This document shows positions 18,032-28,819 of a stretch of DNA of 64,000 bases, in pieces. Source of the stretch: Candidatus Bathyarchaeia archaeon. Its GTDB lineage: Archaea; Thermoproteota; Bathyarchaeia; Bathyarchaeales; Bathycorpusculaceae. Below the pieces are notes generated by a model. It did not search any database. It had not been told where the DNA came from and worked only from the letters and a program-made list of their open reading frames with translations. Both the position numbers and the translations under genes were made by a program. Numbering within the stretch: the first letter of the stretch is position 1; each line of letters begins with the position of its first letter. The DNA lies in NCBI GenBank assembly GCA_038883775.1, contig JAVZLM010000009.1:1-64000 (forward strand). Reading direction: 5' to 3'.

Positions 18032-18685
18032 TTGTCTAAAAATTTTAAACCCACAGTTTTTGCAGATACTCGAGAAAGCTTAGACGTTAAAGACCATTTA
18101 ATAGAACTTGGCTCCGAGGTTGTGGAGAGGGTTTTGGCGCCTGCGGATTACGTGATTTCTGAGGATTACGCTGTTGAGAGGAAGGAGCTTCACGACTTTT
18201 TCCGTTCAATTTTTGATGGAAGGCTTTTTGAGCAGGCTGAGAGGTTGGCTGAAGCTTACGGGAATTCCTGTTTGCTTGTAGAGGGCGATGTAATAAAGGC
18301 TGTGAAAGCCCTCCGTAATCCCATGGTCTTTTGGGGTGCTATAGCAAAAATCATGGCAGACCACCGCATTTCCTTAGTATTCACACTAGACGAGCGGCAC
18401 ACAGCCATGTTTCTCCATAGCCTCGCCAAGAAACTTCAAGAGGAAAAGCATAGAAAAATATTGGTTAAGCATAAACCTAAGGCTTATACGCTGAAGCAAA
18501 TGCAAATTTCAGCCGTTCAGAGCCTACCCCTAATAGGTCCAGAAAGAGCCGAAATTTTGCTCAAAAAATTTGGAAGCGTGAGACGAGTTTTCCAAGCATC
18601 AAAATGGGAACTGCTTTCTGTGAAGGGGTTAGGTGAAAAAACTGTTAGGAAGATTTTGGATTTTCTTGACGCTAAATATCAATAA
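18032..18685 (+). CDS. xpf: Short (crenarchaeal-type) XPF/ERCC4 endonuclease
   Basis: ADTRE, ADY, VERK...DF..SIFDGRLFEQ, tandem HhH; no helicase domain. Confidence 0.9.
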   Translation: MSKNFKPTVFADTRESLDVKDHLIELGSEVVERVLAPADYVISEDYAVERKELHDFFRSIFDGRLFEQAERLAEAYGNSCLLVEGDVIKAVKALRNPMVFWGAIAKIMADHRISLVFTLDERHTAMFLHSLAKKLQEEKHRKILVKHKPKAYTLKQMQISAVQSLPLIGPERAEILLKKFGSVRRVFQASKWELLSVKGLGEKTVRKILDFLDAKYQ

Positions 18686-18703
18686 AAAGAAGGAAAACTT
18701 GGT

Positions 18704-19126
18704 TTAACCCTTAACTTCGCTGATAAACTGCTCGTAAACCTTCTGCACCCGCTCAGCAGCCGGACCTGAACCTTCTACTACGCCTTTCTCAGTCACTTTA
18801 ACCTTGTCCATAACCCAAATGAAACCCTTATCCTCATAAAGCTTAACCATTGTTGGAAAAACCTTTTCAAGACGATCTGCCAAAGCCTTAAGGTCGAAGG
18901 GTTTTTCCACACTCAATATTTGCGCTACAACATTGCCATTAAGGAAAACTCTATGCAAAATTTTTCCCTCTTCATCCTTTGCTTCGGCGAGACATAGGCT
19001 TAAAGTGTCTGGGTTAATGCCTATTAGAGTGCCGCTAAAAGTTTTTCCTGTGGTGGTTGAAACAATCACGCTTTTATCCACCAGCGTTGTTACTTCGGTG
19101 AAAAACTTCCTCTGCGCCACTGACAA
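18704..19126 (-). CDS. Lsm/Sm-like protein with C-terminal extension (SmAP3-like)
   Basis: Sm fold (G.L.G......L.L.EA...VFLNG) plus C-terminal domain; 140 aa. Confidence 0.85.
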   Translation of the reverse strand: MSVAQRKFFTEVTTLVDKSVIVSTTTGKTFSGTLIGINPDTLSLCLAEAKDEEGKILHRVFLNGNVVAQILSVEKPFDLKALADRLEKVFPTMVKLYEDKGFIWVMDKVKVTEKGVVEGSGPAAERVQKVYEQFISEVKG

Positions 19127-19169
19127 TTTTTAACCTCCTTCTAGGGTTAAGAGTTAGAAAAAGATGTAT

Positions 19170-20474
19170 TTAGGATTTTAACAAGCCCGACCGAACAGTT
19201 ATCTTATTCTCTCTTTTCACGTAGCATTTCCTATCCAAAAAAATCGCTTTATTAGGCTCAAGGTCTTCCTGCAAGCAAACACCAGCTCCAACAATGCTGT
19301 TTGGTCCAATTTTCACGCCTGGCAAAAGTGAAGCGTTAATGCCCACTTTGCAGAAATCACCTACTATGGCGCCAAGTTTGTTAGTGCCAGAATCCACTTT
19401 TTCGCCTTCCACCGTAACCTTAACGTTTTTCTCGTCGAATCGGAAGTTTGCAGTTATTGCTCCAGCTCCGAAGAGGCAGTTGTCTGAAATTATGGAGTCA
19501 CCTATGTAATTCTTGTGGAACCAACAATTGTCGCCTATCAAAGAATGCTTAATCTCGCTCGAAAAACCCACAACGCAGTTATCACCAACAGAAGAGTAAT
19601 CTCGAACCAAAGCATTATTGCCAATAAGGCTGTTTGAACCAATATAGCAAGGTCCTTTTATAGAGGCTCCGCTAAGAATTTTAGTTCCACGCCTAATCCA
19701 AACCTTCCCCTCAACATTCGCCCCTTCAGAAATTTCCACATCATCTTCGATTATTTTTTCCTTTATTTGCTCATCCATTAAATGCGCATTTATGGTGAAG
19801 AGGTCCCAAGGATACTTGTAGCTGGCAAAGAATCCTTCATAGCGGGCGGCTATAACCATATTTTTGTCTTCGATAAACTTTTGAATAGCATCCTCATATT
19901 GGTGGTCTGAAACTGGAATTTTTCGAAAATAATTAAAAATTCTCTTGGTCATCAAATAAACGCCAATAACTGCCAAATTGCTTGGTTCAGTTCCCTTTGG
20001 CGGCTTTTCAACAAGCTTGGTTACCTTGTTGTTTTTGATTTGGATTATGCCAAACTTCCATGTTTCCTTGACGGGTTTGCATGAAAGCACTATTTCCGCT
20101 TTGCCCTTTCTAAATTTTGTAAGCATATCCTTTATCAGAGAACTTTCAAAAACGTCATCTGCATTGACAACAAAAAAGTTGTCTTCAACCAAACCTTTCG
20201 CAGCTTCAAGGGCGTTCGCCATTCCGAGAGGCTTTTTCTGAAGCGCATATTCAATACTAACCCCGAAGTTTTTTCCATCAGCTAAATAATCTCTAATTGG
20301 CTTTCCATTTTCGCCCACTACAACTATGAAGTCTTTTAAACCAGCCTCTTTCAAAGTTTCAATCACATGATGGATTAGGGGTTTTCCCAAAATTTTAAAC
20401 ATGGGCTTTGGCTTCACAGCAGCTAATGGAAAAACCCTTCTTCCGCTTCCACCAGCGAGGATAACCGTCTGCAT
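19170..20474 (-). CDS. Sugar-phosphate nucleotidyltransferase/acetyltransferase (GlmU-like)
   Basis: LAGGSGRR, PKPM, VEKP, hexapeptide repeats, YIGDSII, TANFRFD. Confidence 0.9.
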   Translation of the reverse strand: MQTVILAGGSGRRVFPLAAVKPKPMFKILGKPLIHHVIETLKEAGLKDFIVVVGENGKPIRDYLADGKNFGVSIEYALQKKPLGMANALEAAKGLVEDNFFVVNADDVFESSLIKDMLTKFRKGKAEIVLSCKPVKETWKFGIIQIKNNKVTKLVEKPPKGTEPSNLAVIGVYLMTKRIFNYFRKIPVSDHQYEDAIQKFIEDKNMVIAARYEGFFASYKYPWDLFTINAHLMDEQIKEKIIEDDVEISEGANVEGKVWIRRGTKILSGASIKGPCYIGSNSLIGNNALVRDYSSVGDNCVVGFSSEIKHSLIGDNCWFHKNYIGDSIISDNCLFGAGAITANFRFDEKNVKVTVEGEKVDSGTNKLGAIVGDFCKVGINASLLPGVKIGPNSIVGAGVCLQEDLEPNKAIFLDRKCYVKRENKITVRSGLLKS

Positions 20475-21904
20475 TAAAGCTCCTCCATAGTCTTTTTTAA
20501 TTCTTTCACTGCGAACTGGTAAAGTTCCTCAAGTTTTTCTTCGGTTTTTGCTTCAGCAGAAACCCTTATGAGGGGTTCAGTGTTTGAAGGTCTTAAAAGA
20601 ACCCACCCATCCTCATCTAACAATTTTATTCCATCCACATCTAAAAACTTCAAACCATGATCCCTAAACTTGGCTCCCAACTTTTCGATAACTGCAAACT
20701 TTATAGTGTCTGGGCATTCAAAATTTTTCTCGTGAATGGATGGATATTTGGGCAAAGAATCCACAATCTCCGAAAGCTTTTCACCACGCTTAGACAATAT
20801 TTCAGCCATTTTTAAGCTTGCAAAAATTGCATCATCCATTCCATTACACTCCAGAAAATAGAAGTGGCTGCTCGTTTCACCGCCCACCAAGGCATTTTCG
20901 TCAATCATTTTATCCATGATAAAAACATGACCAATCCTTTCAACTATGGGAACTCCGCCATGCCTTCTTACAAATTCTTCAACAGCCATAGAACAACTCA
21001 ATTCATAAACTATTTTTCCTCCACCTTCTTTTTTCAGCGCATCCTCAGCAAAAATCATTAGGGCTAAATCGCCTGGAATTATCCTTCCTTTATCGTCAAC
21101 AAAAACTGCTCGGTCTCCATCCCCATCATAACCAACACCAAAATCCGCCTTAGCCTCTACAACTTTCTTTTTTAATTCGCCCAGCGTCTCTTCTTTAGGC
21201 TCTGGCAAGTGTGCTGGAAATCTTCCATCAGGCTTCTCATTCAATGTCATAATATTGCAGCCTAACCGCCTAAAGATAGATGGGACGAGCAGTCCACAAA
21301 CGCCGTTGGCAGTGTCAGCAACCACACTAACTTTCTCTTCAATTTTAATTTTGTCCAAAACAAATTCCGTGTAATCATCAAAAATTCTTTCATACTCCAC
21401 CACTTTTCCCTTTTGTCTTCTAAAATTTTTAAAATCAATTGTCTTTGCAAGTTCTTTTATCTTAGCCATTTCCCCGCCATATACACATCCATTTCGCTTA
21501 AACAGTTTAAAACCGTTCCATTCTGGAGGGTTATGAGAAGCAGTAATCATCACCCCAGCATCTTTTTTTAGATGATTAATTGCAAAATAAACCAGAGGTG
21601 TCGGAACAACACCCACATCAACAACATCGCAATTAAAAACCAATCCCGACATAAGGGCATTTCTGAGAGTTTCACCACTCAACCTAACATCTCTGCCAAC
21701 AACAACATCCTTACTTATCCCCAAAAAGACACCCATGGCAGCCCCAAGAACTTTGGCAATTTCTTCCGTTAACTGTTTTTCGAATATCCCCCTAATATCG
21801 TATGCCCTAAAAATGCTTTCAAAATCTGGTCGCTCAGCAGCAGCCAATGTGATATCTCCATTTAATTCTTGTTTTGTCGTTAGTAAATGCTTTGCTAAAA
21901 TCAT
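20474..21904 (-). CDS. Phosphomannomutase/phosphoglucomutase
   Basis: FRAYDIRG, TASHNP, DGDGDR, GETSSH, RPSNTEP. Confidence 0.94.
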   Translation of the reverse strand: MILAKHLLTTKQELNGDITLAAAERPDFESIFRAYDIRGIFEKQLTEEIAKVLGAAMGVFLGISKDVVVGRDVRLSGETLRNALMSGLVFNCDVVDVGVVPTPLVYFAINHLKKDAGVMITASHNPPEWNGFKLFKRNGCVYGGEMAKIKELAKTIDFKNFRRQKGKVVEYERIFDDYTEFVLDKIKIEEKVSVVADTANGVCGLLVPSIFRRLGCNIMTLNEKPDGRFPAHLPEPKEETLGELKKKVVEAKADFGVGYDGDGDRAVFVDDKGRIIPGDLALMIFAEDALKKEGGGKIVYELSCSMAVEEFVRRHGGVPIVERIGHVFIMDKMIDENALVGGETSSHFYFLECNGMDDAIFASLKMAEILSKRGEKLSEIVDSLPKYPSIHEKNFECPDTIKFAVIEKLGAKFRDHGLKFLDVDGIKLLDEDGWVLLRPSNTEPLIRVSAEAKTEEKLEELYQFAVKELKKTMEEL

Positions 21905-21937
21905 TCAGCAACATACTATTAATTACTTTTGCGCCCA

Positions 21938-23035
21938 CTACACTTTTATTTTTAATTTATCAAAGAATCTTATCAACTGCTTTCGTGTAGGATGCATTTT
22001 ATTAGGATTAGAAATGTAATAAGCTGCAACGGCATTAGCTAACACAAGTCTACAATTGTCCGAAAGTCCGTGAGCATCGCCTAAAATGTTTCCAGCGTTC
22101 CAAGCATCACCAGCCCCAGTCACTCTCCTAACTGGAACTTTAAAAGTTGGAACAATGGTTTCTCTCTTCTTTGTGAATGTCGCCGAGAAACTTGTTGTGT
22201 GCAAGTCAACTCTCGCAGACAAATGTGCCGCTAAAATTCTTGCAGACTTCTTTGCCAACTCTTCAAAGGATAAACGTTCTGCCAAGGCTTTTACTTCATC
22301 ATTTCTTAGATATGATGCATAACAGATCGCCTCATTTTCGTTCACACTTAATACGTCAATGCTTCTGCTCTGCAAAACTTCCTTTATCAACTGAGGAATC
22401 TTGTGTTTGTTAGGCGTGGGATCCGCCGAATCATAATATGCTTTGCCCTGACCCTTCGCTTTTACATGATGGAAAACTGTTTTCGCCAATTCTGTTCCAA
22501 AACGCCTTGTTCCAGCCCAATTAAAAACGCAAACATAATCCGCATTTTCCATCACACCAAAATCATCCTTACTCAAATGATGTGGTCCAAAACTTGCTAA
22601 TGCACCTACATCCCTAAGCATCACATTAACTTTTCCGCCTTCAATTTCAAATTCCATAGCGGTTGTTATAGACGCTTTGCCAATGATTTTAACATGCGAA
22701 AAATCAACTTTTTCCGATTTAAGATAAAACTTTAACAAACGCAACCCAAGCGCATCGGTGCAAACTATCGGAGTTACCTTCACATCTAAAGCCGCAAGGG
22801 CGGAGGCGGTGTTAACAGCGTTTCCTCCTCTGAAATCCGCTTGTTCTATTCCGTCTATGCAGCCGCCTTTTCTTTGAATTATTCTCCAAAGATTTTCTGA
22901 AAAAGCTTTGATGTTCCATTTTAGGCTGATAAAGCGGTCGAGGAAAAAATCTGGCATAACAACAACATTAAACTCCTCAATCCGTCCTTTCAAGAACTCT
23001 TTCAGTTCCTTGAGAATTTCAAGCAAAATTTTCAC
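21938..23035 (-). CDS. PfkB-family carbohydrate kinase
   Basis: GGNAVNTA, NENEA, TGAGDAWNAG; start probably GTG at 23035. Confidence 0.88.
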   Translation of the reverse strand: MKILLEILKELKEFLKGRIEEFNVVVMPDFFLDRFISLKWNIKAFSENLWRIIQRKGGCIDGIEQADFRGGNAVNTASALAALDVKVTPIVCTDALGLRLLKFYLKSEKVDFSHVKIIGKASITTAMEFEIEGGKVNVMLRDVGALASFGPHHLSKDDFGVMENADYVCVFNWAGTRRFGTELAKTVFHHVKAKGQGKAYYDSADPTPNKHKIPQLIKEVLQSRSIDVLSVNENEAICYASYLRNDEVKALAERLSFEELAKKSARILAAHLSARVDLHTTSFSATFTKKRETIVPTFKVPVRRVTGAGDAWNAGNILGDAHGLSDNCRLVLANAVAAYYISNPNKMHPTRKQLIRFFDKLKIKV

Positions 23036-23126
23036 CAAAGATAATTTATTGTTAAATGTTGATAATACTTTTTCATAAAAGTATTTTAAGACTGAACATT
23101 TAAGAGTTAAAGCTGAGAGGATGTAA

Positions 23127-23330
23127 TTGAAATACAAAATCGAGATTTCCCTATTTCTATTAGGCATTGCCTTGTACGTGATAAGCGTCTTTTGTTATTT
23201 TTATGAAGCTCCTTGGGAAGATATGATTCCCATGATAAATTATCCATACCAAAAATTTGCTTTGCCATTGGCGGGCGTTGCTTCCGCACTTCTAATAATT
23301 GCTGCAGCTTTATACTTGAAGAGAGCGTGA
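23127..23330 (+). CDS. Small 2-TM membrane protein
   Basis: Two hydrophobic helices with a YPY loop motif. Confidence 0.6.
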   Translation: MKYKIEISLFLLGIALYVISVFCYFYEAPWEDMIPMINYPYQKFALPLAGVASALLIIAAALYLKRA

Positions 23331-23348
23331 AAATAAATAGGAGAAATC

Positions 23349-24047
23349 ATGTCACAAAACAAAAAAGAGTTTCTCTTAACATTCGTAGTTGCTGGCTTTT
23401 TAATGAAAATAGTAGCTGAAATCCTTCATGAAATCTTTGGACACGGCTTATTTGTATTAATATTTGGAGGAGAGATAGTTAATGTATATATTAGTGTCTT
23501 GTGGCCTTACGAGCCTTCCTACATAAATTGGCATTTGCCAAGCACCATTACACATTTGCAGTTAGTTTGGATTTACGCAGGCGGAATTGTAATATGCTTA
23601 TTTGCATCGTTCCTAGTTCAAACATTTTTACTTTTGCAAAAGAAAGGTGATTGGCATTTTGCTCTTGTAGGTTTTTGGCTTGCATTTTGGACTCTTGTGA
23701 ATTCAACGGGTTATCTTATTATAGGCGGCTTAACACCCTTTGGCGACGTCTACGAGCTTATTAGATTGGAAGCCTTATCGGGCGCCATTTCTCTCTTTGC
23801 TGGTCTAATAGCGTTTATTATGGGGTTTATCGTTTTATCCTGGATTTTAAGAAAAAGTCTGCGCCATACATTTCCGCCTAAAAAGGCAAGTTTAGGCGTG
23901 GTTCTTTTCTGGTTGACAATTCCTATGCTTGGCATAATCATGAGCATTAGTCCGGAAAGAAATTTGCCAATGGTCTATATTCCCCTCACGTTCCTTCCTA
24001 CGCTGTTTTCCCTTTTTGTGGAGTATTTTTTGGTTTTATCCAAGTAA
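23349..24047 (+). CDS. M50B-like membrane metallopeptidase
   Basis: HEIFGH, AGG, GD motifs in a multi-TM protein. Confidence 0.7.
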   Translation: MSQNKKEFLLTFVVAGFLMKIVAEILHEIFGHGLFVLIFGGEIVNVYISVLWPYEPSYINWHLPSTITHLQLVWIYAGGIVICLFASFLVQTFLLLQKKGDWHFALVGFWLAFWTLVNSTGYLIIGGLTPFGDVYELIRLEALSGAISLFAGLIAFIMGFIVLSWILRKSLRHTFPPKKASLGVVLFWLTIPMLGIIMSISPERNLPMVYIPLTFLPTLFSLFVEYFLVLSK

Positions 24048-24851
24048 AAAGTGAACAAAAATCCATACAATGTCGCCGAAGAATAGAGCTATGATTAAGC
24101 CTGCCGTGATGAAAATTAGCATAGGTAAGCCTGGAGTTGCCCAGACCATGTCTTGAATTTTTCCAGTTTCTACTGCTTTAGCTAACCTTTCAACAATGGC
24201 ATTTCTCTCCTCATCTTTCGGTATGAGAACAAGCTTTCTCTTAAATCCGTCTTCAAAATTTTCTAAGTCTTCTAGGGGGTAGAGATGCCATTTTTCCTTT
24301 AGTTTATTAACGGAAACTTTGTAGCCTGTCATTAAAACCAAAAGTTTTCTCCAAAAGGATTCTTTTTCATGCTCTTCTTCGAAGAGTTTTTTGTTGGTTT
24401 TTTTGTGCCAGAATGCATTATAAAAAAGTAGGTAGATAGCTGTGGCTGCCGCTATCAAAATGGAGTTGCTGAAAACTGTTATTGGGAAAAAATTTTGGGC
24501 GATTATTGATATCTCATTTGAAATTGGCGTAAGCAAATTATTTGGGTAGAAGGGTAATGCGAGCGCTAGGCACATTAAGGCTTTGGCGTCTGCTCCTCCA
24601 AAACCGCCCAAATAAAAAAGGATTATGGCAAAAGCAGATGTTAAACCGAAGCAGATTCCATAAGAAAGCAACCGGGAGGACTCGTAGAGGTAGAGTTGTA
24701 TAAAGGTTAATGTGAAGGTTGGTGGGGCGAAAAGTATCCATAGGCTGTTGCTTACTTCGCGGGTTTTGTAGTCGCTCCACGAAGCATAGAATAAGAAGGA
24801 TAATGTTATAGTTGTTCTTGTGAGTGCGGTCCATATTTGCAATGGAAACAT
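24036..24851 (-). CDS. Prepilin peptidase (A24, FlaK/PibD-like)
   Basis: SDYKTREV, GGADAK, WATPGLPML. Confidence 0.92.
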   Translation of the reverse strand: MFPLQIWTALTRTTITLSFLFYASWSDYKTREVSNSLWILFAPPTFTLTFIQLYLYESSRLLSYGICFGLTSAFAIILFYLGGFGGADAKALMCLALALPFYPNNLLTPISNEISIIAQNFFPITVFSNSILIAAATAIYLLFYNAFWHKKTNKKLFEEEHEKESFWRKLLVLMTGYKVSVNKLKEKWHLYPLEDLENFEDGFKRKLVLIPKDEERNAIVERLAKAVETGKIQDMVWATPGLPMLIFITAGLIIALFFGDIVWIFVHFLLG

Positions 24852-24945
24852 ATTTAGCCCAAAGGAAACTGTTTCAGATTTTCCTATTTAAATGGTTTAG
24901 ATAGTATTTTGGTTTTAAAAAGAGCGATTAAAGGAGAAGATGGTT

Positions 24946-25395
24946 CTAGCTTGTTGGTGCTTGTTCTGGGAATGGACCTAAGGGCTGTTGTCCGGCTGAG
25001 GGTATAATCTTGAAGTAATACGTGATTCCAGCAGTCCAGTTATACTCTACAGTAAGCCTAACAATTTGGCCTGCTGCAAGCGAAACCGGAAGCGAAGGAG
25101 TTGTTGTTTGGTTTTGTAATGTTGTGGATGATGTTCCAATGTAAACTTGAATTATTTGGGTGTCTGAGGTTCCAGAGTTTCCCACGTCGATGTCTATTTT
25201 CTTTGTTACGCCTTCTGTGTAGAATCTTACGTTTGCTTTGTATAGGATTACGCCTGCTTGGGTTCCTGCGCTGCTCATGTATGTCATTATCCAAGCGTAT
25301 GTTACAACTATGGCGGCTACGGCTATAACTATAAGTAAGAGTGTGGCGAGGATTGGGGATATAGCCTTTTTAGTTTTTAATAGGTTTTTAGCCAT
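24946..25395 (-). CDS. Type IV pilin (probable major pilin)
   Basis: Class III signal KKA/ISPILATLLLIVIAVAA; start at ATG 25395 after GGTGA SD. Confidence 0.9.
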   Translation of the reverse strand: MAKNLLKTKKAISPILATLLLIVIAVAAIVVTYAWIMTYMSSAGTQAGVILYKANVRFYTEGVTKKIDIDVGNSGTSDTQIIQVYIGTSSTTLQNQTTTPSLPVSLAAGQIVRLTVEYNWTAGITYYFKIIPSAGQQPLGPFPEQAPTS

Positions 25396-25525
25396 TTGAT
25401 TTTCACCCTTTCTGTTGTTTAGGAAATCTGGAGTTTTCTTATTTAACTTGTATGAACTTTGAATATACATTTTGGATAAGTGTATGCAGTTGATGACAGC
25501 CCGTCTATTTTGAGCTTAATGGAGT

Positions 25526-27493
25526 TTAGTTTTCTGTGGTTACTGTTATTGTTGGCAGATACTCAACAAGAACCCATAGACCTGATTGGTTGGTGCTGCT
25601 GTATATAGGTGTTGTTCCATCAAAAGTGACAACCGCACCATACCAACATATGTCTAATGGATACTGAAAACTGACTGGAGCATTGAGGGCAGAGGCTACT
25701 GGAAGCAGCTCAATTGTTCTCGAAGTGTGGCTTACGCTGAGGCCGCCTGTGTTTTTTTCTGCTATTGCATCGAAACGGTACAACATTTCATTGGCAGCAT
25801 CTGTAAACATTATTCCAAACCCTCTTGTTGCGCTTGAGCTAAGTTGAGCCCAATGATGTTGCCAAATGTTTGACATGTTATAGAATAAACCGGAAGAGTA
25901 AACTATTGGGTAACCGCTTGCTGTTCCGTTTTCTGCTAATGCCGAAAACGTGTCAGATGGAGCCCTTATTCTTATTGGGCATAAGTCCGTGATGGTTCTG
26001 GGTTGAGTGGAATTTATAAACATCAGTCTTAGCTGGTAAGTGTAATATGTTGCGTTTGCAGGAAGCGTTAAAACGATATGTGCGTAAAGGTTGGGACAGC
26101 CGTCAGCACCACCGCTCCATTCTGCTTCTTGGTGGATTATATCCCTAACAACTCCATGGTGAATAACATAAGCTGCATCTGCACCATATGTACTGTTCTC
26201 TCTATTAATTCGCATAAATCTTGCAGCAGCAGTTGAACCTCCGACGGTTGATGTTACTTTAAAAACAGTTGCTTGATAAGCCTGCTCCCACTCCCTTTTG
26301 ATAGTTAAGGTTAGAATTCCATTCGTTAACACACCATTACTCGGGTTATCCCCTGCAAAGTATCTGTTGGCATATGCATATAGTGTCTGAGTTGCCGTGT
26401 CGCTTCCGTTCCACCATATAGTGACTTTTGTAACCTTTGGATTTACAAGGAAAACTATCATTTGCCTATTGCTGAAAACGCTTGCGTTACTGGTTAAGCC
26501 TAAGGGAATTTTGTAGTTTGAAGCCCAATCTTCTATTTGGAATGGCACCTTTTGGTTTATGCCGTTTATAGTTTGATTAATGTGGATTGCTTTTACCGGT
26601 ATTGGTGGGATAGGTTTTGCTTGTGTTGTTAACTGCAGGTTTTGTCCAAGCCATCGCATTGTGCCATTCTGAAGCAACTCAACAACTATTGTTGCGTCCG
26701 TTGCACTTTTTAATGCTGAGTAAAGCGTATCGTTCCAGTTTAACGTGCATGTGTAGCGGTTGAAAGATGACGCAATTACAACTATACCTCTCGGGTCTTC
26801 GACTTGCACAATAAAAGAGTATGGATCTATTCCGGAAAGTGCGGGGTCACTCATGTTGATGAGGTATGTTCCATCCGAAAATGACTTTATGCTTGTATTA
26901 TTAATGGGGCTCACTGTTTTCCATGTTGAGTTCTCATATATGTAACGGTAAAATTTGAAGTTCTGTTTTCCAAGATTTATCAGATGTTCTTTTTCATCTC
27001 TGGTTACGTTTAGTTGTACTTGATTGTCCACAACAGTTTGATTCACCTGCACTGCTAACTTGCATGAAGTTTCATAAGTTACGCCATATAATCCAAGACC
27101 AGTCAAACTATAATTTATAGCCAATTTCCCCATACTCCAGCTGTCATTTGTATACCAGTAAGTGCTCAAGTCTACGCTGCTTAAATTGAATGAGGTCCCC
27201 CATTCTGGATGCATATTTGCTATGTTCACAAGCCCGCTTTGAAGGTATTTTATAGACAGTTCTTTTGCGTATGAAGCGTTTCCAGTGACCTGCAACACTG
27301 AACCATAATAGCCAATGGTGAAACCCAAAATCTGTTTTAGTGCAAGATTCGTCTCATCTATGGCGCTTAATATTTGAGGTTGATCTTGTATTGGGCTGTT
27401 GCGTATGGTGGAATAGGTGATTATAACTGTTGCTATTAGGATTACTGCAACAAGTAAAGCCGCAATAATTGAAAATTGCCCTTTATTGTTCAC
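25526..27493 (-). CDS. Large pilin-like accessory protein
   Basis: Class III-type N-terminus NKG/QFSIIAALLVAVIL; many NxT/S sequons. Confidence 0.75.
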   Translation of the reverse strand: MNNKGQFSIIAALLVAVILIATVIITYSTIRNSPIQDQPQILSAIDETNLALKQILGFTIGYYGSVLQVTGNASYAKELSIKYLQSGLVNIANMHPEWGTSFNLSSVDLSTYWYTNDSWSMGKLAINYSLTGLGLYGVTYETSCKLAVQVNQTVVDNQVQLNVTRDEKEHLINLGKQNFKFYRYIYENSTWKTVSPINNTSIKSFSDGTYLINMSDPALSGIDPYSFIVQVEDPRGIVVIASSFNRYTCTLNWNDTLYSALKSATDATIVVELLQNGTMRWLGQNLQLTTQAKPIPPIPVKAIHINQTINGINQKVPFQIEDWASNYKIPLGLTSNASVFSNRQMIVFLVNPKVTKVTIWWNGSDTATQTLYAYANRYFAGDNPSNGVLTNGILTLTIKREWEQAYQATVFKVTSTVGGSTAAARFMRINRENSTYGADAAYVIHHGVVRDIIHQEAEWSGGADGCPNLYAHIVLTLPANATYYTYQLRLMFINSTQPRTITDLCPIRIRAPSDTFSALAENGTASGYPIVYSSGLFYNMSNIWQHHWAQLSSSATRGFGIMFTDAANEMLYRFDAIAEKNTGGLSVSHTSRTIELLPVASALNAPVSFQYPLDICWYGAVVTFDGTTPIYSSTNQSGLWVLVEYLPTITVTTEN

Positions 27494-27495
27494 TG

Positions 27496-28818
27496 TTATA
27501 CGCCTCCCACTTGTCCAAGCTGCAAAACAACAAGCCTAGTGGCATTACTTGCCGTATACTCAGAACGATAAAGCCTAGGCTTATAATCGCATAAAAGCCC
27601 CAAGGCAGTAAGCCTAATATCTGGTGTTCTGGTTAAACCCAACGCAAAAAGAGCACCAGAAACAATATGTCTAAAAACTGCTCCAGCAATCCAGCCACTC
27701 ACATTATTAAAGATACATGTTGTTATTTTCAAATTGTATGTGCTTGTTATCCATAAAGGCAATGCTCTAGTAGCGGTGTGATAGGTGGATGGGTAAATAC
27801 CATAGTAATTGCAATAGTACATTGCTTCTGAAGAGAGAGGTACACTTGCTAATCCTGAATTATCGCCTGGACCACCAGTAATCCAGTTGCCATCATGTGT
27901 GTAATTTTGGTTGTTCAGTCCCCTTAGAAAAGCGTTAAGCCCAGCTGGCCCTACATATTTCATTCCATAAATTCCCCAAGTGTTATGCTCATTTGGAAAT
28001 AGTGCAGTATTACTAACATAATACAATGGATAACCCACTATGCTAACCCACGTGAAATTATGTGTTCTAACTTTTTGACCTAAAATGTAACAGTATTTTG
28101 CATATGAAGTGTGATCAGAATCATAACCTTGCGTTGCATAATAACCAGCGGGTATTGGTACCGCCTCTCCAAAAGTGTTTATGACAACAGCGTTTTGTAC
28201 AGTTTCACCTTGAAGAGATGTGCCATTTAGTATTTTTCCAAGGTCTGTTGTGTTTTGCACCATTACTGTTTTTACGAAGTATGGTGATAATAGGCTGTAT
28301 AGGTCTTGTGCTAGGCTTTGGGCTGTATAACCAGTAATCCACCATCCATTAGCGTCGCTGCAATTCAATATATATAGGGTTCCGCCGACTCCACTTTTTT
28401 CGCCAATCTTTTCTGGAACCACATTGAAAGTCACATTTGAAGAAGCAACCAGATAAGAGGCAGCATCAGAGCCTATTCCCAAACTTTCGGCATTAGAAAT
28501 AGACTTAATGAAACAGTAAAGTTTTGGTCCACCAGTACTCAAAACTTCATAAACAGTCAAATTATAAACAATGTTTGGTGGAAGACAGGCAGAAAGGGCT
28601 ATTTGCAATTCGCCCCAAGCTGGATCGTCTGGGGATTTAAACACTATTTCGCTTAAGTCGTGATCCACGTCTAACATTTGAAGTGTTGTTAATGCAATTC
28701 TTCTCAAGTTTAATGGTGAAACCCGCCTTGGTATGGGCAAAACGGCGAAGAAAGATGATATTATGAAGGCGGCTGTGATGATAATTATCACGAGTAATAT
28801 CTCAATTGTCCGCATCAT
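27496..28818 (-). CDS. Pilus-associated minor pilin-like protein
   Basis: Start probably MMRTIE at 28818; E plus hydrophobic helix; within the pilus operon. Confidence 0.7.
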   Translation of the reverse strand: MMRTIEILLVIIIITAAFIISSFFAVLPIPRRVSPLNLRRIALTTLQMLDVDHDLSEIVFKSPDDPAWGELQIALSACLPPNIVYNLTVYEVLSTGGPKLYCFIKSISNAESLGIGSDAASYLVASSNVTFNVVPEKIGEKSGVGGTLYILNCSDANGWWITGYTAQSLAQDLYSLLSPYFVKTVMVQNTTDLGKILNGTSLQGETVQNAVVINTFGEAVPIPAGYYATQGYDSDHTSYAKYCYILGQKVRTHNFTWVSIVGYPLYYVSNTALFPNEHNTWGIYGMKYVGPAGLNAFLRGLNNQNYTHDGNWITGGPGDNSGLASVPLSSEAMYYCNYYGIYPSTYHTATRALPLWITSTYNLKITTCIFNNVSGWIAGAVFRHIVSGALFALGLTRTPDIRLTALGLLCDYKPRLYRSEYTASNATRLVVLQLGQVGGV

Positions 28819-28819
28819 T

